Shown: positions 8,285 through 18,507, counted from the first letter of the stretch. The stretch: DNA of 64,000 nt from an uncultured archaeon (GCA_963817525.1 CAWFOU010000001.1:224001-288000), one strand, 5' to 3'. Translations and numbers: made by a program. Notes: generated from the sequence alone by a model not told the origin.

Positions 8285-9269
8285 GCGCGTCGATGACCTC
8301 GCTAGCGTCCGCCTGGACGCCGCCGAACTTTGTCTCCGAGTACTTCGCCCCCGCCTCGAGCCCGCTCAGGGCCATCCCCTCTCTCCCGGGGGCGCTTGCG
8401 GCGCGGCCCACTCCCAGCGAGCGGTACGTCGCCGCGATGTCGGCGTCTTGCACCAGGACGAGCGGGAAGGCTAGGTTCGGGAAGCTCCTGGCGGTGTCGG
8501 CGAGGGAGTCCGGCCTCCCGACTCGCGTACCGGCGAACACCACTTCCTTGTTGTCGCGGAGCCAGCTCCCGATTCGTCCGTACGTCTGGCCTCCCGTGAG
8601 GAGGACCAGCTCCAGGCGCCGCGGGTCCATCCTGAATGACAGCTCGGAGTAGAGCCTCGCGACGGCCCTCAGGGACGGGTCGTCAATCCACGAATGGAGC
8701 AGCCTGAGGGAGTAGCCCGAGAGCGCGGCCATCCACGCCATGGAGGCGCTGCGCTCGCCCCCAGAGACGAGGCAGGAGACCCGGTCCTCGCCCGTTGGGA
8801 AGCCCCCAGGCCCTCCCCGGACCTGCGCGCCGCACGCGCCGCCAGTCCCCTGTATATTCACCCTGAACCTCACGCCCGGCTTCCTCTCGTCCACTCGCGA
8901 CCCTGGGATGGCAGAGAGCAGCTGGGAGTTCCCAGAGAGGAGGGCGTCCCCCGCCGTCTGCTCTGAATCCGCCACGTTCGCCGAGATCTTGAACGTCTTC
9001 CCCTTTGAGACGTAGCGCTTCGCCAGGAGTTCGAGTGTCTTTAGGTAGCCCTCCGGCCCGCTGAAGCGATACCCCACGGCGACCCAGGCGACCCCTGGAA
9101 GCGACCCCAGGCTCCTGGCGACGGCGACGGGGTCGCGAGCGGCCACCACAAGGGTGTCGCCGATTCGGTCGGTCTCTCCCCCGACCGCTGACAGTTTTCC
9201 GGACACCGTCCTCTCAAGGTCCTCGAACTCGCCCGAGCCGGTCCATCCTATCATCGCGATGGCCTTCAT
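8250..9269 (-). CDS. THUMP-domain/ThiI-like protein with degenerate PP-loop
   Basis: TFKISA...RVDERKP (THUMP), GPGGFPTG...CLVSGGERS. Start taken at ATG 9269. Confidence 0.65.
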   Translation of the reverse strand: MKAIAMIGWTGSGEFEDLERTVSGKLSAVGGETDRIGDTLVVAARDPVAVARSLGSLPGVAWVAVGYRFSGPEGYLKTLELLAKRYVSKGKTFKISANVADSEQTAGDALLSGNSQLLSAIPGSRVDERKPGVRFRVNIQGTGGACGAQVRGGPGGFPTGEDRVSCLVSGGERSASMAWMAALSGYSLRLLHSWIDDPSLRAVARLYSELSFRMDPRRLELVLLTGGQTYGRIGSWLRDNKEVVFAGTRVGRPDSLADTARSFPNLAFPLVLVQDADIAATYRSLGVGRAASAPGREGMALSGLEAGAKYSETKFGGVQADASEVIDALKRRGQPRPHR

Positions 9270-9389
9270 CAGCGAACGACCGCGGCCCGAGGTTTTTAAG
9301 CGGAGCAGCGGCTTGCCAAGTCTTAAAGACGAGGATTGCCCGGAGCGGCTCATCTCGAAGATGACCGGCAATGGAGTGGGAACGCGCGC

Positions 9390-10283
9390 ATGGCGATGAA
9401 GCCCAGCTCCTTCATCGTCCGGATGAAGCCTCTCTTGAAGAACGACCTGGCATACCACGTACTCATCACAAAGTCGATCGACTACTTGTCGACGCAGCAC
9501 ACGATCAAGACCACGAGGCTCCAGCTCAACGAGATTAGGCGCAGGCTCGGCACCGGGCTGTACACCTACGACATTGGGCGGGGGCTAAAGATCGAGTTCG
9601 ACCTATCGCAGAACCTCGACGCCTTCATGTGCGACTACCTGCTGAGGTTCGGCCGCTACGAGAGCGAGGTCGAGTCCGTGCTGTCTCGGCTCATCACCAA
9701 GGACACCACGTTCGTGGACGTCGGCGCCAACATCGGCTACTTTACCGTCATCTTCTCCAGGTCGGCGCGGACCGTCTACGCCTTTGAGCCCGTCCCTGCG
9801 ATCTTCGAGAGGCTGTCGAGGAACCTGAGCATTAACGGCTGCGAGAACGTCCGAGCGCTCCAGCTCGCTGTCTCAAAGGAGAGAGCGACGCTGAGGTTGT
9901 ACGAGTCGAAGATCTCAGACGGCCACGACTCCACCGTTAGGAGGTTCGAGCACGACAGGTCCATCTTGGTGGACGCAGTGAGCCTCGACGAGGCGGTCGA
10001 CCCCTCCGCAAAGGACATCGTCATGAAGGTGGACGTCGAGGGCTCGGAGACGGACGTCCTGATGGGGGCGCTTGGTCTGGTAAGGTCCGGAAGAGTGTCA
10101 GCGATCGTGGTGGAGTGGTCGAGGAGGATCTACCCGAGCGTCGCGAACCTGACGGAGAGGTTCGCGCTGTACTCGGCTATGGGGAGCGTCGAGGTAATCG
10201 ACGACCGGCTCGGGACCTACAAGGTGACGGAGCGACGGCAGGTCCCCGATTTCTGCAATCTCCTCATCCGGGTCGGGCGGTGA
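9390..10283 (+). CDS. FkbM-family SAM methyltransferase
   Basis: Motifs FVDVGANIGYFT, VYAFEP and MKVDVEGSE. Confidence 0.9.
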   Translation: MAMKPSSFIVRMKPLLKNDLAYHVLITKSIDYLSTQHTIKTTRLQLNEIRRRLGTGLYTYDIGRGLKIEFDLSQNLDAFMCDYLLRFGRYESEVESVLSRLITKDTTFVDVGANIGYFTVIFSRSARTVYAFEPVPAIFERLSRNLSINGCENVRALQLAVSKERATLRLYESKISDGHDSTVRRFEHDRSILVDAVSLDEAVDPSAKDIVMKVDVEGSETDVLMGALGLVRSGRVSAIVVEWSRRIYPSVANLTERFALYSAMGSVEVIDDRLGTYKVTERRQVPDFCNLLIRVGR

Positions 10284-10364
10284 CCGCGCCGGTCGCGCCG
10301 ACGAGCGAAAAACGCGGGCGCATCTCCTATTCTTATAAGTGGGCGGTCAACTCGCGCATCCAGA

Positions 10365-11438
10365 TTGATGCCCTACCGCGCGTCCGGCCAAGAGATCGGG
10401 AGGCTGAAGCTCGTCTCCTACGCCTCGCTCGTAGTTGGAGTGGCGAGCATGCTCTTCGTAGCGGTGCTCGCGGGCCAGCTCAACGCCTTCTACCACCAGA
10501 ACGACGTCCAGGCAAGCACGACCACCACCACGACCAGCTACCAGCCGATAACGGTCTCCGGTAGCCTGATCACTCCTGCCCCCTCGCTCGCCGGCTATCC
10601 AGTGGTAACGGCACAGCAGCCCTTCGGGTCTAGGCTCACCGACATCAACGAGCCTCTCAACGCCAGCGAGCTCGCAGTCATCGACAACGCGTCGCAGTCC
10701 TACTTCGTGACAGCGGCGCAGATGTATCTCAACAAGACCCTCAGCATCCCCATCGGTGCCGCAGTCGGGCCCGCCCCTCTCGAGGTCGTCAACGGAAAGC
10801 CGTCCGTGATCTATCTCGGGGCTATCTCCTGCGTGTACTGCGGAGAAAACCGGTGGGCGATGGCGCTTGCTCTGGGCCAGTTCGGGAGCTTTTCGGAGCT
10901 CTACAAGGGCTACAGCGCCTTCAGCGACGCCAACGTCCCCACGCTCTACTGGGCGCCCGCCGAGTACAACGTTTCGCAGGGCGTCGTCTTTGGAAACTTC
11001 TACACGAGCAATTACGTCAACTTCCTTTCAATCGACTACCAGTCGCCGATAACCGGAGGCTTCGAAATGGGCCCTCTGACCTACTTCCAGCAGGAGGCGA
11101 CCAGCACGATGAGCCCCGCCTATGTCCAAGCTACCAACACCATCATCAAGCTCAACAACTACGAAGGCACTCCCTACACGATATGGGGCAAGTACAGCGT
11201 GCCCGGAGCGGACGCGCAGAACTTCGGGGACGCCTCCTCCAACGCGACGACCTCGCTCCCGATGGCGTCGCTCACGCACGACCAGGTGCTTGCGTTGTTG
11301 GCACATCCTCACACGCCCTTCGGCTGGAACGAGTACGCCGCCGCTGACTTTTACATCTCCCTCCTCTGCGCGAGCATGAGCTCACCCGCACCGGTCTGCT
11401 CTCTGCCCAGCGTCTCCACGATGGTCGCCGACGCGTAG
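10365..11438 (+). CDS. DUF929-like membrane-anchored thioredoxin-fold protein
   Basis: N-terminal TM and Thr-rich linker, then NGKPSVIYLGAISCVYCGENRWAM.LAL..FG.F. Confidence 0.75.
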   Translation: MMPYRASGQEIGRLKLVSYASLVVGVASMLFVAVLAGQLNAFYHQNDVQASTTTTTTSYQPITVSGSLITPAPSLAGYPVVTAQQPFGSRLTDINEPLNASELAVIDNASQSYFVTAAQMYLNKTLSIPIGAAVGPAPLEVVNGKPSVIYLGAISCVYCGENRWAMALALGQFGSFSELYKGYSAFSDANVPTLYWAPAEYNVSQGVVFGNFYTSNYVNFLSIDYQSPITGGFEMGPLTYFQQEATSTMSPAYVQATNTIIKLNNYEGTPYTIWGKYSVPGADAQNFGDASSNATTSLPMASLTHDQVLALLAHPHTPFGWNEYAAADFYISLLCASMSSPAPVCSLPSVSTMVADA

Positions 11439-11513
11439 CCCCGCTCACCGGGAGAGCCGGGCCGGCGCGCAAGAAATTTTTAGGGGTGCAACGGGGCCGA
11501 CCTAGAAGAACAC

Positions 11514-11729
11514 TTGGGGCAGCCTCTGTGGCGGAATGCGCTCTTCCTCCTGATGTTCGCGACCTCGTCCCTTTTTGTCGGGGCGGCGTTCGTCTACATG
11601 GCGTCCAAGTCCCCCTTCTTCTGGGGCGGCCTGTTTCTCCCGGGCGTGATTCTGCTCCTGGCGTTCGCGATGGCCGCTCTGCTCTCGATATTCAGCGTCC
11701 TGCGCGGCCCCGTCGGGGCGGCCGGTTAG
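11514..11729 (+). CDS. small membrane protein
   Basis: Two hydrophobic helices. Confidence 0.5.
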   Translation: MGQPLWRNALFLLMFATSSLFVGAAFVYMASKSPFFWGGLFLPGVILLLAFAMAALLSIFSVLRGPVGAAG

Positions 11730-11737
11730 CGCCTGGC

Positions 11738-12130
11738 TCAGGTCGTGCTAGAGGAGGAAGAGGTGGAGTTGGCCGTGATGTACTTGCAAATGGTCGCCAC
11801 TCCGGCGGGGTAGCCGTCCACGTCTGTCGTGCTTGTGGCCGTCGACGAGACGAACCCGACTTTCGCGGAGACGTCGGTCGTGGTCGTATAGGAGACGGCG
11901 GTCGTCATCGTCTCGGTCACGTTCTCCGTGGAGGTGCCGACGACGGAGTTCGCGCCAAACTCCAGATATTGGAAGACTCCACAGTATATCGTGTTCGTGG
12001 AGACCCCTCGCGTGAGGTAGAACGTCGCGGCCCCGACGATGACGAGAATCAGCACTATCGAAACCAGTATCCGCCCTACATGACGCTTCTTGGGCTTGGC
12101 CTTCTTCGCCGCGTAATCCTTGAGTGCCAT
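11738..12130 (-). CDS. membrane-anchored Thr/Ser-rich hypothetical protein
   Basis: Basic N-terminus, one TM, two Cys and a Thr/Ser-rich ectodomain. Confidence 0.65.
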   Translation of the reverse strand: MALKDYAAKKAKPKKRHVGRILVSIVLILVIVGAATFYLTRGVSTNTIYCGVFQYLEFGANSVVGTSTENVTETMTTAVSYTTTTDVSAKVGFVSSTATSTTDVDGYPAGVATICKYITANSTSSSSSTT

Positions 12131-12228
12131 CTGCTGGAAGCGTTGTTCGGGGCTGGGTGTCGGTTATTAAGTCTAGAGACGAACGCAAGAAGAAGCTTGA
12201 ATTCCCTCGGTTTCGGGCCGTGAACTGG

Positions 12229-12501
12229 ATGTCAGACAACGCGGCGAGGAGACGGGAGGCGGCCGCCGCCAGGCTGAAGATCGTCGTCCCAGCGTTCTTC
12301 GCAATCGGCTTCCTCTTCTTCTCGGCCATCACCGTCTTCCCGCTCGCCGGGATGCCCACGCCGCCCCTCGACCCGCAGGGAGGTGTCCGACCTCTTCTGG
12401 TATGGCTCGCGGCCGCGTGCGCCTCCGGGGGGCTCTTCTCACTCTTCGGCGGTCTTGTCGTCGCCCTCTCGGCTAGCTCAGACGACGAAGGCGAACGGTA
12501 G
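12229..12501 (+). CDS. small two-TM membrane protein
   Basis: Two hydrophobic segments after MSDNAARRR. Confidence 0.5.
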   Translation: MSDNAARRREAAAARLKIVVPAFFAIGFLFFSAITVFPLAGMPTPPLDPQGGVRPLLVWLAAACASGGLFSLFGGLVVALSASSDDEGER

Positions 12502-12554
12502 CACAAGGCCGGCTTGGAGAGCCGACCGTTGTCAGTCCTTTCGCGTACCTTCTG

Positions 12555-13490
12555 CTATGCGGCGTCTTGGTGCCTGAAGACCAGGAATCCGATCATGAAT
12601 GTGACAACTATCCACACCACCACGGACAAGAACGTGTACTCGTACGTCATCCCGACGGTCTTCCAGACGTGAAGGGCGACTAGGTTGCCGACGCTGTACT
12701 GGCCCTGGCCGAGGCCGGCCCCGTACACTGTCAGCTCGCGGGCAGTCTCTATGGGGTCGAGCAGGACCAGGAAGAGCGCCGCTACCGGGCCTGCCCTCAA
12801 GTTGACCGAGATGACGAGCTGGTCGAGGCTCGAGACGACCGCAAGGAGGAACCAGACCATTATCCCTAGACCCATCGCCGTAGCTTTGCGCTTTGAAAAC
12901 TCGGAGACTATCAGTGCTATGCCCAACATCGCGGCGTTTAGCATGGCGGCGAACGCCATGATCATCACCACCGAGAAGTAGTTGGAGATGCCCGTCGAGT
13001 AGACCACTATCGACGCCGCGCCGAACCCGATGATTATCACCGTGGTCGTCGCGAGCAGCAGGCCCACCGCCCTCCCGAGGAAGAACTCGCCCTTGGTCAC
13101 TGGGTTGGAGAGTAGGTATTGCAGCGTCCCCGACTCGCGCTCGTCCACTATCGAGACCGCGCCCATCGGGAGTGCCAGCAGGGGAATCAGCGGGAAGGTG
13201 ACGGAGAGCAGGTCGGAGAGGTTCTCGGTGAGGTACTCCGGCGGAAGGTTGCCCGAAGTCGCCAAGTAGAGGTCGGGGATGTCGACGGCCAGGAGGAAGA
13301 AGATTATCCCGAACGTCAGGACCCACTTGGTCCTGATCGACTCCTTGTAGGTGAAGCTGAGAATGCCCCAAACGCCCAGGGCGTTCATCTGCCTCCTCGT
13401 CCCGCGGGTCGCTAGGAACAAGGTCGTCAATCCGAAGATTACAACGACCCCGATTAGGCCATAGAGCAGGTCGCCTGTCCCGGCTGACAT
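12555..13490 (-). CDS. ABC-2 permease, NosY-like (copy 1)
   Basis: PLIPLLAL.MGA.SIVDERESGTLQYLLSNPVTK.EFFLGR, and LDP.ET.R. Confidence 0.88.
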   Translation of the reverse strand: MSAGTGDLLYGLIGVVVIFGLTTLFLATRGTRRQMNALGVWGILSFTYKESIRTKWVLTFGIIFFLLAVDIPDLYLATSGNLPPEYLTENLSDLLSVTFPLIPLLALPMGAVSIVDERESGTLQYLLSNPVTKGEFFLGRAVGLLLATTTVIIIGFGAASIVVYSTGISNYFSVVMIMAFAAMLNAAMLGIALIVSEFSKRKATAMGLGIMVWFLLAVVSSLDQLVISVNLRAGPVAALFLVLLDPIETARELTVYGAGLGQGQYSVGNLVALHVWKTVGMTYEYTFLSVVVWIVVTFMIGFLVFRHQDAA

Positions 13491-13491
13491 C

Positions 13492-14451
13492 TCAGTTGCC
13501 CGCCTCCCTCACTCCCACGGCGCCCGCCTGGAGGAGCTTGACGTACTCCGACTCTATCTCGCTCCGTTCGATGAGGATGTCTGAGAGGTTGTATGGGCCG
13601 TTCATCAGGCCCTTTACCATCCCTAGCTTGATTTTGCTAGGCACGGTCGCCCTGATCCACTCGCCGTCCGCCTCGAAGTCGAACGCGCCAAGGTCCTCCG
13701 CCAGCTTGGTCACGCCGGGGATGTCCACTTCCTTCACTCGGATGAACAGCGTGTCGTTGACGCTCAAGCGCGCCATCAGCTCGTCGGGAGGCCCTTTCAC
13801 CACCACCCTTCCGCGGTCGAGCACCATGACCTCGGTGGCGAGCTCGCCGAGCCCGGTCAGGTGGCTCGTCGTTATCATCGTCTTTCCCTGCTTTAGGAGC
13901 GCCCTGAGCAGCCTCTGGAACTCGAGCTGCCCTCTCAGGTCCACGTTGCTCGTGGGCTCGTCCAGGAGGAGGAGCTTGGGGTTGCCTATCAGCGCCAGGG
14001 CGATACCGAGCCTTTGCTTCATGCCGTCCGAGCAGGCTCTCACTCTCCTCTTCCTGGCGTCCCAGAGGTTGACCAAGCGGAGCTTCTCCTCGATCTGCTC
14101 AGGACCGAGGTTCTTGAGTCTGGTCGTCAGGACGGCGTGGTCGTAGAGGGTCAGAGACTCATAGAACGCATAGTTCTGCGGCACGTACCCGATGACCTTC
14201 TTCGCGCCCCTCGGGTCTTTGTTGACGTCGATGCCGTCAATCAGAACCTTCCCCTTGAAGTTGAGGATCCCCATGATCGACTTGATGAGAGTGGTCTTCC
14301 CCGCGCCGTTCGGGCCGAGGATCAAAACATGGGCGCCCGGCTTTATGTCCAGAGAGAGCTTGTAGAGCGCGGTGAACTTTCCGTATTTTTTCTCGACGTT
14401 TTGTATGCTTACTATCGGGACTTCTTGTTGCTGTGTAGCGAGTTGTTGCAA
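13492..14451 (-). CDS. ABC ATP-binding protein, NosF/ABC-2 type
   Basis: Walker A GPNGAGKTT, GYVPQ, signature CSDGMKQR, Walker B LLLLDEPT, H-loop. Confidence 0.92.
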   Translation of the reverse strand: MQQLATQQQEVPIVSIQNVEKKYGKFTALYKLSLDIKPGAHVLILGPNGAGKTTLIKSIMGILNFKGKVLIDGIDVNKDPRGAKKVIGYVPQNYAFYESLTLYDHAVLTTRLKNLGPEQIEEKLRLVNLWDARKRRVRACSDGMKQRLGIALALIGNPKLLLLDEPTSNVDLRGQLEFQRLLRALLKQGKTMITTSHLTGLGELATEVMVLDRGRVVVKGPPDELMARLSVNDTLFIRVKEVDIPGVTKLAEDLGAFDFEADGEWIRATVPSKIKLGMVKGLMNGPYNLSDILIERSEIESEYVKLLQAGAVGVREAGN

Positions 14452-14608
14452 CTGTGCTTGGTCTCTGGCTTTCGCTCCGCCCGTATTTATCGGTTGGGGC
14501 TTGGGCGACTTTTCTCGAGAAACGTCATTTTTTCGGCTATAGTCGAGAAACGCCTCTCTTCTACGGCGGTCCCTCAGTTTTCCACGGATGGGCCGGGACG
14601 CGCAGTTC

Positions 14609-15367
14609 CTATGTCGACTTGGTCTCGGGCGATTTTATCTTTGGCTCGGCGGCCTGGGGCCTGCGGGGGAAGAACACGGCCGCGGCCATCAGGACCGCGC
14701 CGGAGGCGAGAAGCGCGTAAGGAAGGACCGTCTGTCCGGCGCTCTGACTGGCGGTCGGGGTGCTGGACGTGCTCGTTGTGCTGGAGGCGACCTGGTTTTG
14801 AACCAGGAGGGTCCCCCCGTCTCCGGTCATCGCGGGTTCGGTCACGTATGTCAGGTATGGATACCCGATCTCGTCTGTATCAAGCAGCACGACGCTGAAG
14901 GTCGCGTTGGCCGATTGCCCGGGAGCCAAGCCTGTGTTGAGCTGCGTCAGCGGGAAGGTGGCGTTGTTCGGTCCCCAGATGCCGCCGGGATAGAGGAAGC
15001 TCGAGGAGTTGAAGCCGGCGGGGCCGTAGAGGGTGACCTGCTGCTCCTGGGCTCCGACGAATAGCTGCACCTCGAGCTCATACGCCGTTATGTACTCTAT
15101 GATCCCGGTGAATTGGCCGACGTGCAGCGAAACCGAGATGGTGAGGTTCGTCCCCACCTGGGCCGTCGCCGGATAGGTGAAGTCCACGACGTAAGACGTG
15201 CTACCGTGGCTCTCGGTGTTCCCCATCTGCTGCGTGGAGCCCGATATTATCTGCACCGCGGCGGTGGCGCCTTGGGAGGGGGCAAGCAAGATCAAGGCAA
15301 AGACAAGCGGGAGGAATCTCCTCAGCAATATGCGTCCGCGTCGACGGTTCTCTCCGGTGCTGTTCAT
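14609..15367 (-). CDS. secreted beta-rich protein with C-terminal membrane anchor
   Basis: Signal peptide, beta-rich domain, Ser/Thr linker, TM and basic tail. Start at ATG 15367. Confidence 0.7.
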   Translation of the reverse strand: MNSTGENRRRGRILLRRFLPLVFALILLAPSQGATAAVQIISGSTQQMGNTESHGSTSYVVDFTYPATAQVGTNLTISVSLHVGQFTGIIEYITAYELEVQLFVGAQEQQVTLYGPAGFNSSSFLYPGGIWGPNNATFPLTQLNTGLAPGQSANATFSVVLLDTDEIGYPYLTYVTEPAMTGDGGTLLVQNQVASSTTSTSSTPTASQSAGQTVLPYALLASGAVLMAAAVFFPRRPQAAEPKIKSPETKST

Positions 15368-15375
15368 GGTCAATC

Positions 15376-16890
15376 TCACTCCGCTGTGAAGCTCAGCGGC
15401 CCCAGGGCCTCTATCCTGCTCTGCGCGTCCGCGAGCGCGGCGGCGGGTGTCAACGACCCTTTGAAGCCGGAGCTTATGTCGCCCGCTATGATGACCGCGG
15501 CTTGCAGCCATTGAGGGAACCCCAGAAGGGTCGTGAGGGTGCCCGCTTGCCAGATTTGGTTGACGAGGTCTGCCACGCCAAGCGTGCCGGCCAGGAGCGC
15601 GCTCGAGATCGCCGGCACTTCAGTGACGGAAGACCTCGTGGGGAAGTTATTGTACTCCCCGAGGAGCTTTGCTTCCTGTGCTCCCTTGGAGGTCGCCCAC
15701 TGGACCCACAGCCAAGCCATCTCCGGGTTCTTCGTGTACTTCGATACGCCAACCCCTGACCCCGCGTAGGGGTGGAAGCTCCCCTGAGGGCCCGCGGGGT
15801 TCGTCGCGTAGCTCATGAGGCCGACCACGTTAGACCTTCCAGGGTCGTTGAGCCACTGGGCGAAGCCGTCGAAAAGCAGCCCGCAGCCCGCAGCCTCGTA
15901 CGCGAGCGAGGTGAACACGTTGTCCCAGTTGTATGTGATGGAGGCGGGATCCGAAAGCGGGAAGAACCGGGCGTAGTCCTCCAGAGCCGCGAGCGCGGCG
16001 TCCGTGTTTATGGTCGGGGTGACCGTGTTCCCGTCCACTGCCCAGAGGCTCCCCCCGAAGCTGGCAAGGTGCGCCTGATACTCGTATATCACGGATACCG
16101 AAACGCTTGCCATGCTCACCGACCCGAACGGGGTCAAGCCGGACTTCTGGATTGCCGTGCAGTTGTCAAAGTGGTCGTCCCACGTCGCCGGCGGCGTGAG
16201 TCCTAGCTTTTGGAATACGTCCTCCCTGTAGAACAGGACTAGGGTCGGAGTATCGAAGGGGAGGACGGTAACGTTGGCGGCCGAGTCCCCCCCGTTCCCC
16301 CCCGAGAGAGCGGGAGGGTACGTCGCGATGCGGTCCCACGAGTAGCGGTAAAAGTCGTCGAAGTCGAGCTCGGGGTACGTGAGGTCGGGGTATGTGTCGG
16401 CCAGGGTGTACGGGGAGATGGGAAGCGTGGGGAAAACTCCGAGGTTCTCAACATCGAGGCTGTAGCAGTCGTAGGCGTCGCTGGCCGTGCTCGCCATCAG
16501 GGAGATGTCGTCGAGCTGGAGGGCGTAGGGGACGATGTTGTAATTGTCCCTTATCCCGCTCGCGACTAAGAAGTCGTTGTCTATGAGCTGAGTCGCATAC
16601 GGGCCGAACTCGGCCTCGAGGCTGATGTCGAGGGACTTGCCGCGGTAGGGGCCGGAGACGGACTGGAGCCACATCAGAAACTCCTGGTAGTCCGGGAGCG
16701 TGGATAACAGAGAGTTCGAAGTCGAGGTAGTCGGAGGCAGAGTCGAGGTGGAGTTTGAAGATAGGACTGAGGAAACCGACGACCGCGCCTTGCCGAAAAT
16801 ACCCGGGGACGCCAAGTCGGCGAGCCCGACTGAGAAGAGCCCCGCTCCCGCCAGGCCCATACCGTAACGCAGAAACTCTCTCCTATCCAA
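15376..16890 (-). CDS. Tat-exported extracellular solute-binding protein (sugar/CUT1 type)
   Basis: Twin-arginine signal DRREFLR. Motifs LFYREDVFQKLGLTPPATWDD, G.GVSKYTKNPEMAWLWVQW and PTRSS. Confidence 0.88.
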   Translation of the reverse strand: MDRREFLRYGMGLAGAGLFSVGLADLASPGIFGKARSSVSSVLSSNSTSTLPPTTSTSNSLLSTLPDYQEFLMWLQSVSGPYRGKSLDISLEAEFGPYATQLIDNDFLVASGIRDNYNIVPYALQLDDISLMASTASDAYDCYSLDVENLGVFPTLPISPYTLADTYPDLTYPELDFDDFYRYSWDRIATYPPALSGGNGGDSAANVTVLPFDTPTLVLFYREDVFQKLGLTPPATWDDHFDNCTAIQKSGLTPFGSVSMASVSVSVIYEYQAHLASFGGSLWAVDGNTVTPTINTDAALAALEDYARFFPLSDPASITYNWDNVFTSLAYEAAGCGLLFDGFAQWLNDPGRSNVVGLMSYATNPAGPQGSFHPYAGSGVGVSKYTKNPEMAWLWVQWATSKGAQEAKLLGEYNNFPTRSSVTEVPAISSALLAGTLGVADLVNQIWQAGTLTTLLGFPQWLQAAVIIAGDISSGFKGSLTPAAALADAQSRIEALGPLSFTAE

Positions 16891-17186
16891 GATTCTCCAC
16901 CACGCTGGCCGCCGTCGGGCCTGATGATAAAGAACCCCCGCGCGTATATAAGCAGTTTTACAGATTCAGGGCCAAGAGCTTCCGGAAGCTGCTTCGGCTT
17001 CCTCGGCAGAAAGGGGTGGATGGCGGGACGCGACGCGAAAGATTCGACATTCCTTATATGGGTGGAGGCAAGAGTCAGAATGAAGACGAGTCAGGGTTTG
17101 CTTGCTCGGAAGAGTCGGGGAGGCGGAAGGCGAGACATGTTGAGTCGCGCCTCATCGTCCGGTCGAGGTCCTTAGGCCTGTCCTCC

Positions 17187-18110
17187 TTGAATCTCGACCC
17201 AGTCATCCTCGAGATAATCTCAGCCGTAGCCGTGTTGTTCGGCGCGTCGACGTTGCTATTGGCCACGAGGGCGCGAAAGACGAACGCCCTTGGCGCCTGG
17301 GGCGTGCTGTCCTTCACCTTCAACGAGGCAATCAGGACGAAGTGGCTCATGGTGTTCGCCGTGGCATTCTTCTTCGTCGCCTCGAACCTCGTCGGGATGT
17401 TCGCTTCCCTAATCCATATGCTCCCGCCGGAGTACGGCGTCCTCGCCCTTAACGAGCAGGTGCTCGTCGCCTTCCCCCTCGTCCCTCTTCTCGCTCTCCT
17501 CATGGGGGCGACGTCGATCGTCGACGACAGAGAGTCCGGCACGATGCAGTACCTGCTCTCAAACCCGATCACAAAGCTCGACTTCTTCCTGGGACGAATC
17601 GGAGGCCTGCTCTTGGCCACAACCTTGGTGATCTTCCTGGGGTTCGGCGGCGCCGCGGTCCTGACCTTCGCTCTGGGAAGCGCTCAGTTCGTCGCCGTGG
17701 CCGTGTTGGCTCTGGCCGCGTCGCTGCTAAACGCGGTGATGCTCGCCCTCGCGCTCATAATCTCGGAGGTCTCGAGGAGAAGGACAACCGCCATCGGCAT
17801 CGCGATCTTCATCTGGTTCCTCCTTACCACCGTATCCGGCCTAGACACGCTGACGTACGCAGTATACTGGAAGGCGAGCGCGACCGCCGCCGTGTCCCTC
17901 GTGCTGCTAGACCCGGTCGAGACCAGCCGCATCGTAGGCATCGAGGCGGCACACCTGAACGAGACTGCTGTCTTCGGACAGAGCGACTACCTAGCAAAGC
18001 ACTTTCTCGGCGGCGAGTTGCTTGCAGTCACGGTCGTCTCAGTGATAGCCTGGCTTGTATTCCTGACTGTCGTTGGCTTCGTCGTGTTCAGACACCAAGA
18101 TTCCGCCTGA
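17187..18110 (+). CDS. ABC-2 permease, NosY-like (copy 2)
   Basis: Clear paralogue of 12555..13490 (SIVDDRESGTMQYLLSNP; ends VFRHQDSA). Start approximate (TTG 17187). Confidence 0.85.
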   Translation: MNLDPVILEIISAVAVLFGASTLLLATRARKTNALGAWGVLSFTFNEAIRTKWLMVFAVAFFFVASNLVGMFASLIHMLPPEYGVLALNEQVLVAFPLVPLLALLMGATSIVDDRESGTMQYLLSNPITKLDFFLGRIGGLLLATTLVIFLGFGGAAVLTFALGSAQFVAVAVLALAASLLNAVMLALALIISEVSRRRTTAIGIAIFIWFLLTTVSGLDTLTYAVYWKASATAAVSLVLLDPVETSRIVGIEAAHLNETAVFGQSDYLAKHFLGGELLAVTVVSVIAWLVFLTVVGFVVFRHQDSA

Positions 18111-18171
18111 CACCGAATTCCCAAGCCAGCAAGGGAACCAACCTCGCTTCGCCCCAGGCTGCCGCTTGTCC

Positions 18172-18507
18172 CTACCGCTTCTTCCTGGCGCTTCCCTTCC
18201 GGTCGCCGCTCACAGCGACGAGGATGGCCCCGGCGATGGCCAGGACGACACCGATTGCCAGATAGTCAGTCCATACGTTCGTGACGTTCTGCTGAATGTA
18301 GTTGTTGGTCTGGGCCAAGACCGAGTCCATGTAGGTGGCGTTGGGCGCGACTCCCTGGATGCCGACGTATTTGATTATCCAGCCGTCGGCGGTGCCGGCC
18401 GTGGAATGGAGCGACTCTGAGAACCCTGCGACCGCAGCCCCCACAAGGCAAAGGCCGAATCCGATCATTCGCACTACCAGGGACAGACTTGGCTTCACCA
18501 GGGACAA
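18172..18507 (-). CDS. small two-TM protein (paralogue of 21386..21724)
   Basis: TM-loop-TM with a GDRK tail. Confidence 0.65.
   Translation of the reverse strand: MSLVKPSLSLVVRMIGFGLCLVGAAVAGFSESLHSTAGTADGWIIKYVGIQGVAPNATYMDSVLAQTNNYIQQNVTNVWTDYLAIGVVLAIAGAILVAVSGDRKGSARKKR

Noticed and set aside
12555-18110. Nitrous oxide reductase (nos) operon
   Set aside because: No NosZ, NosD (CASH beta-helix) or NosL in the window.
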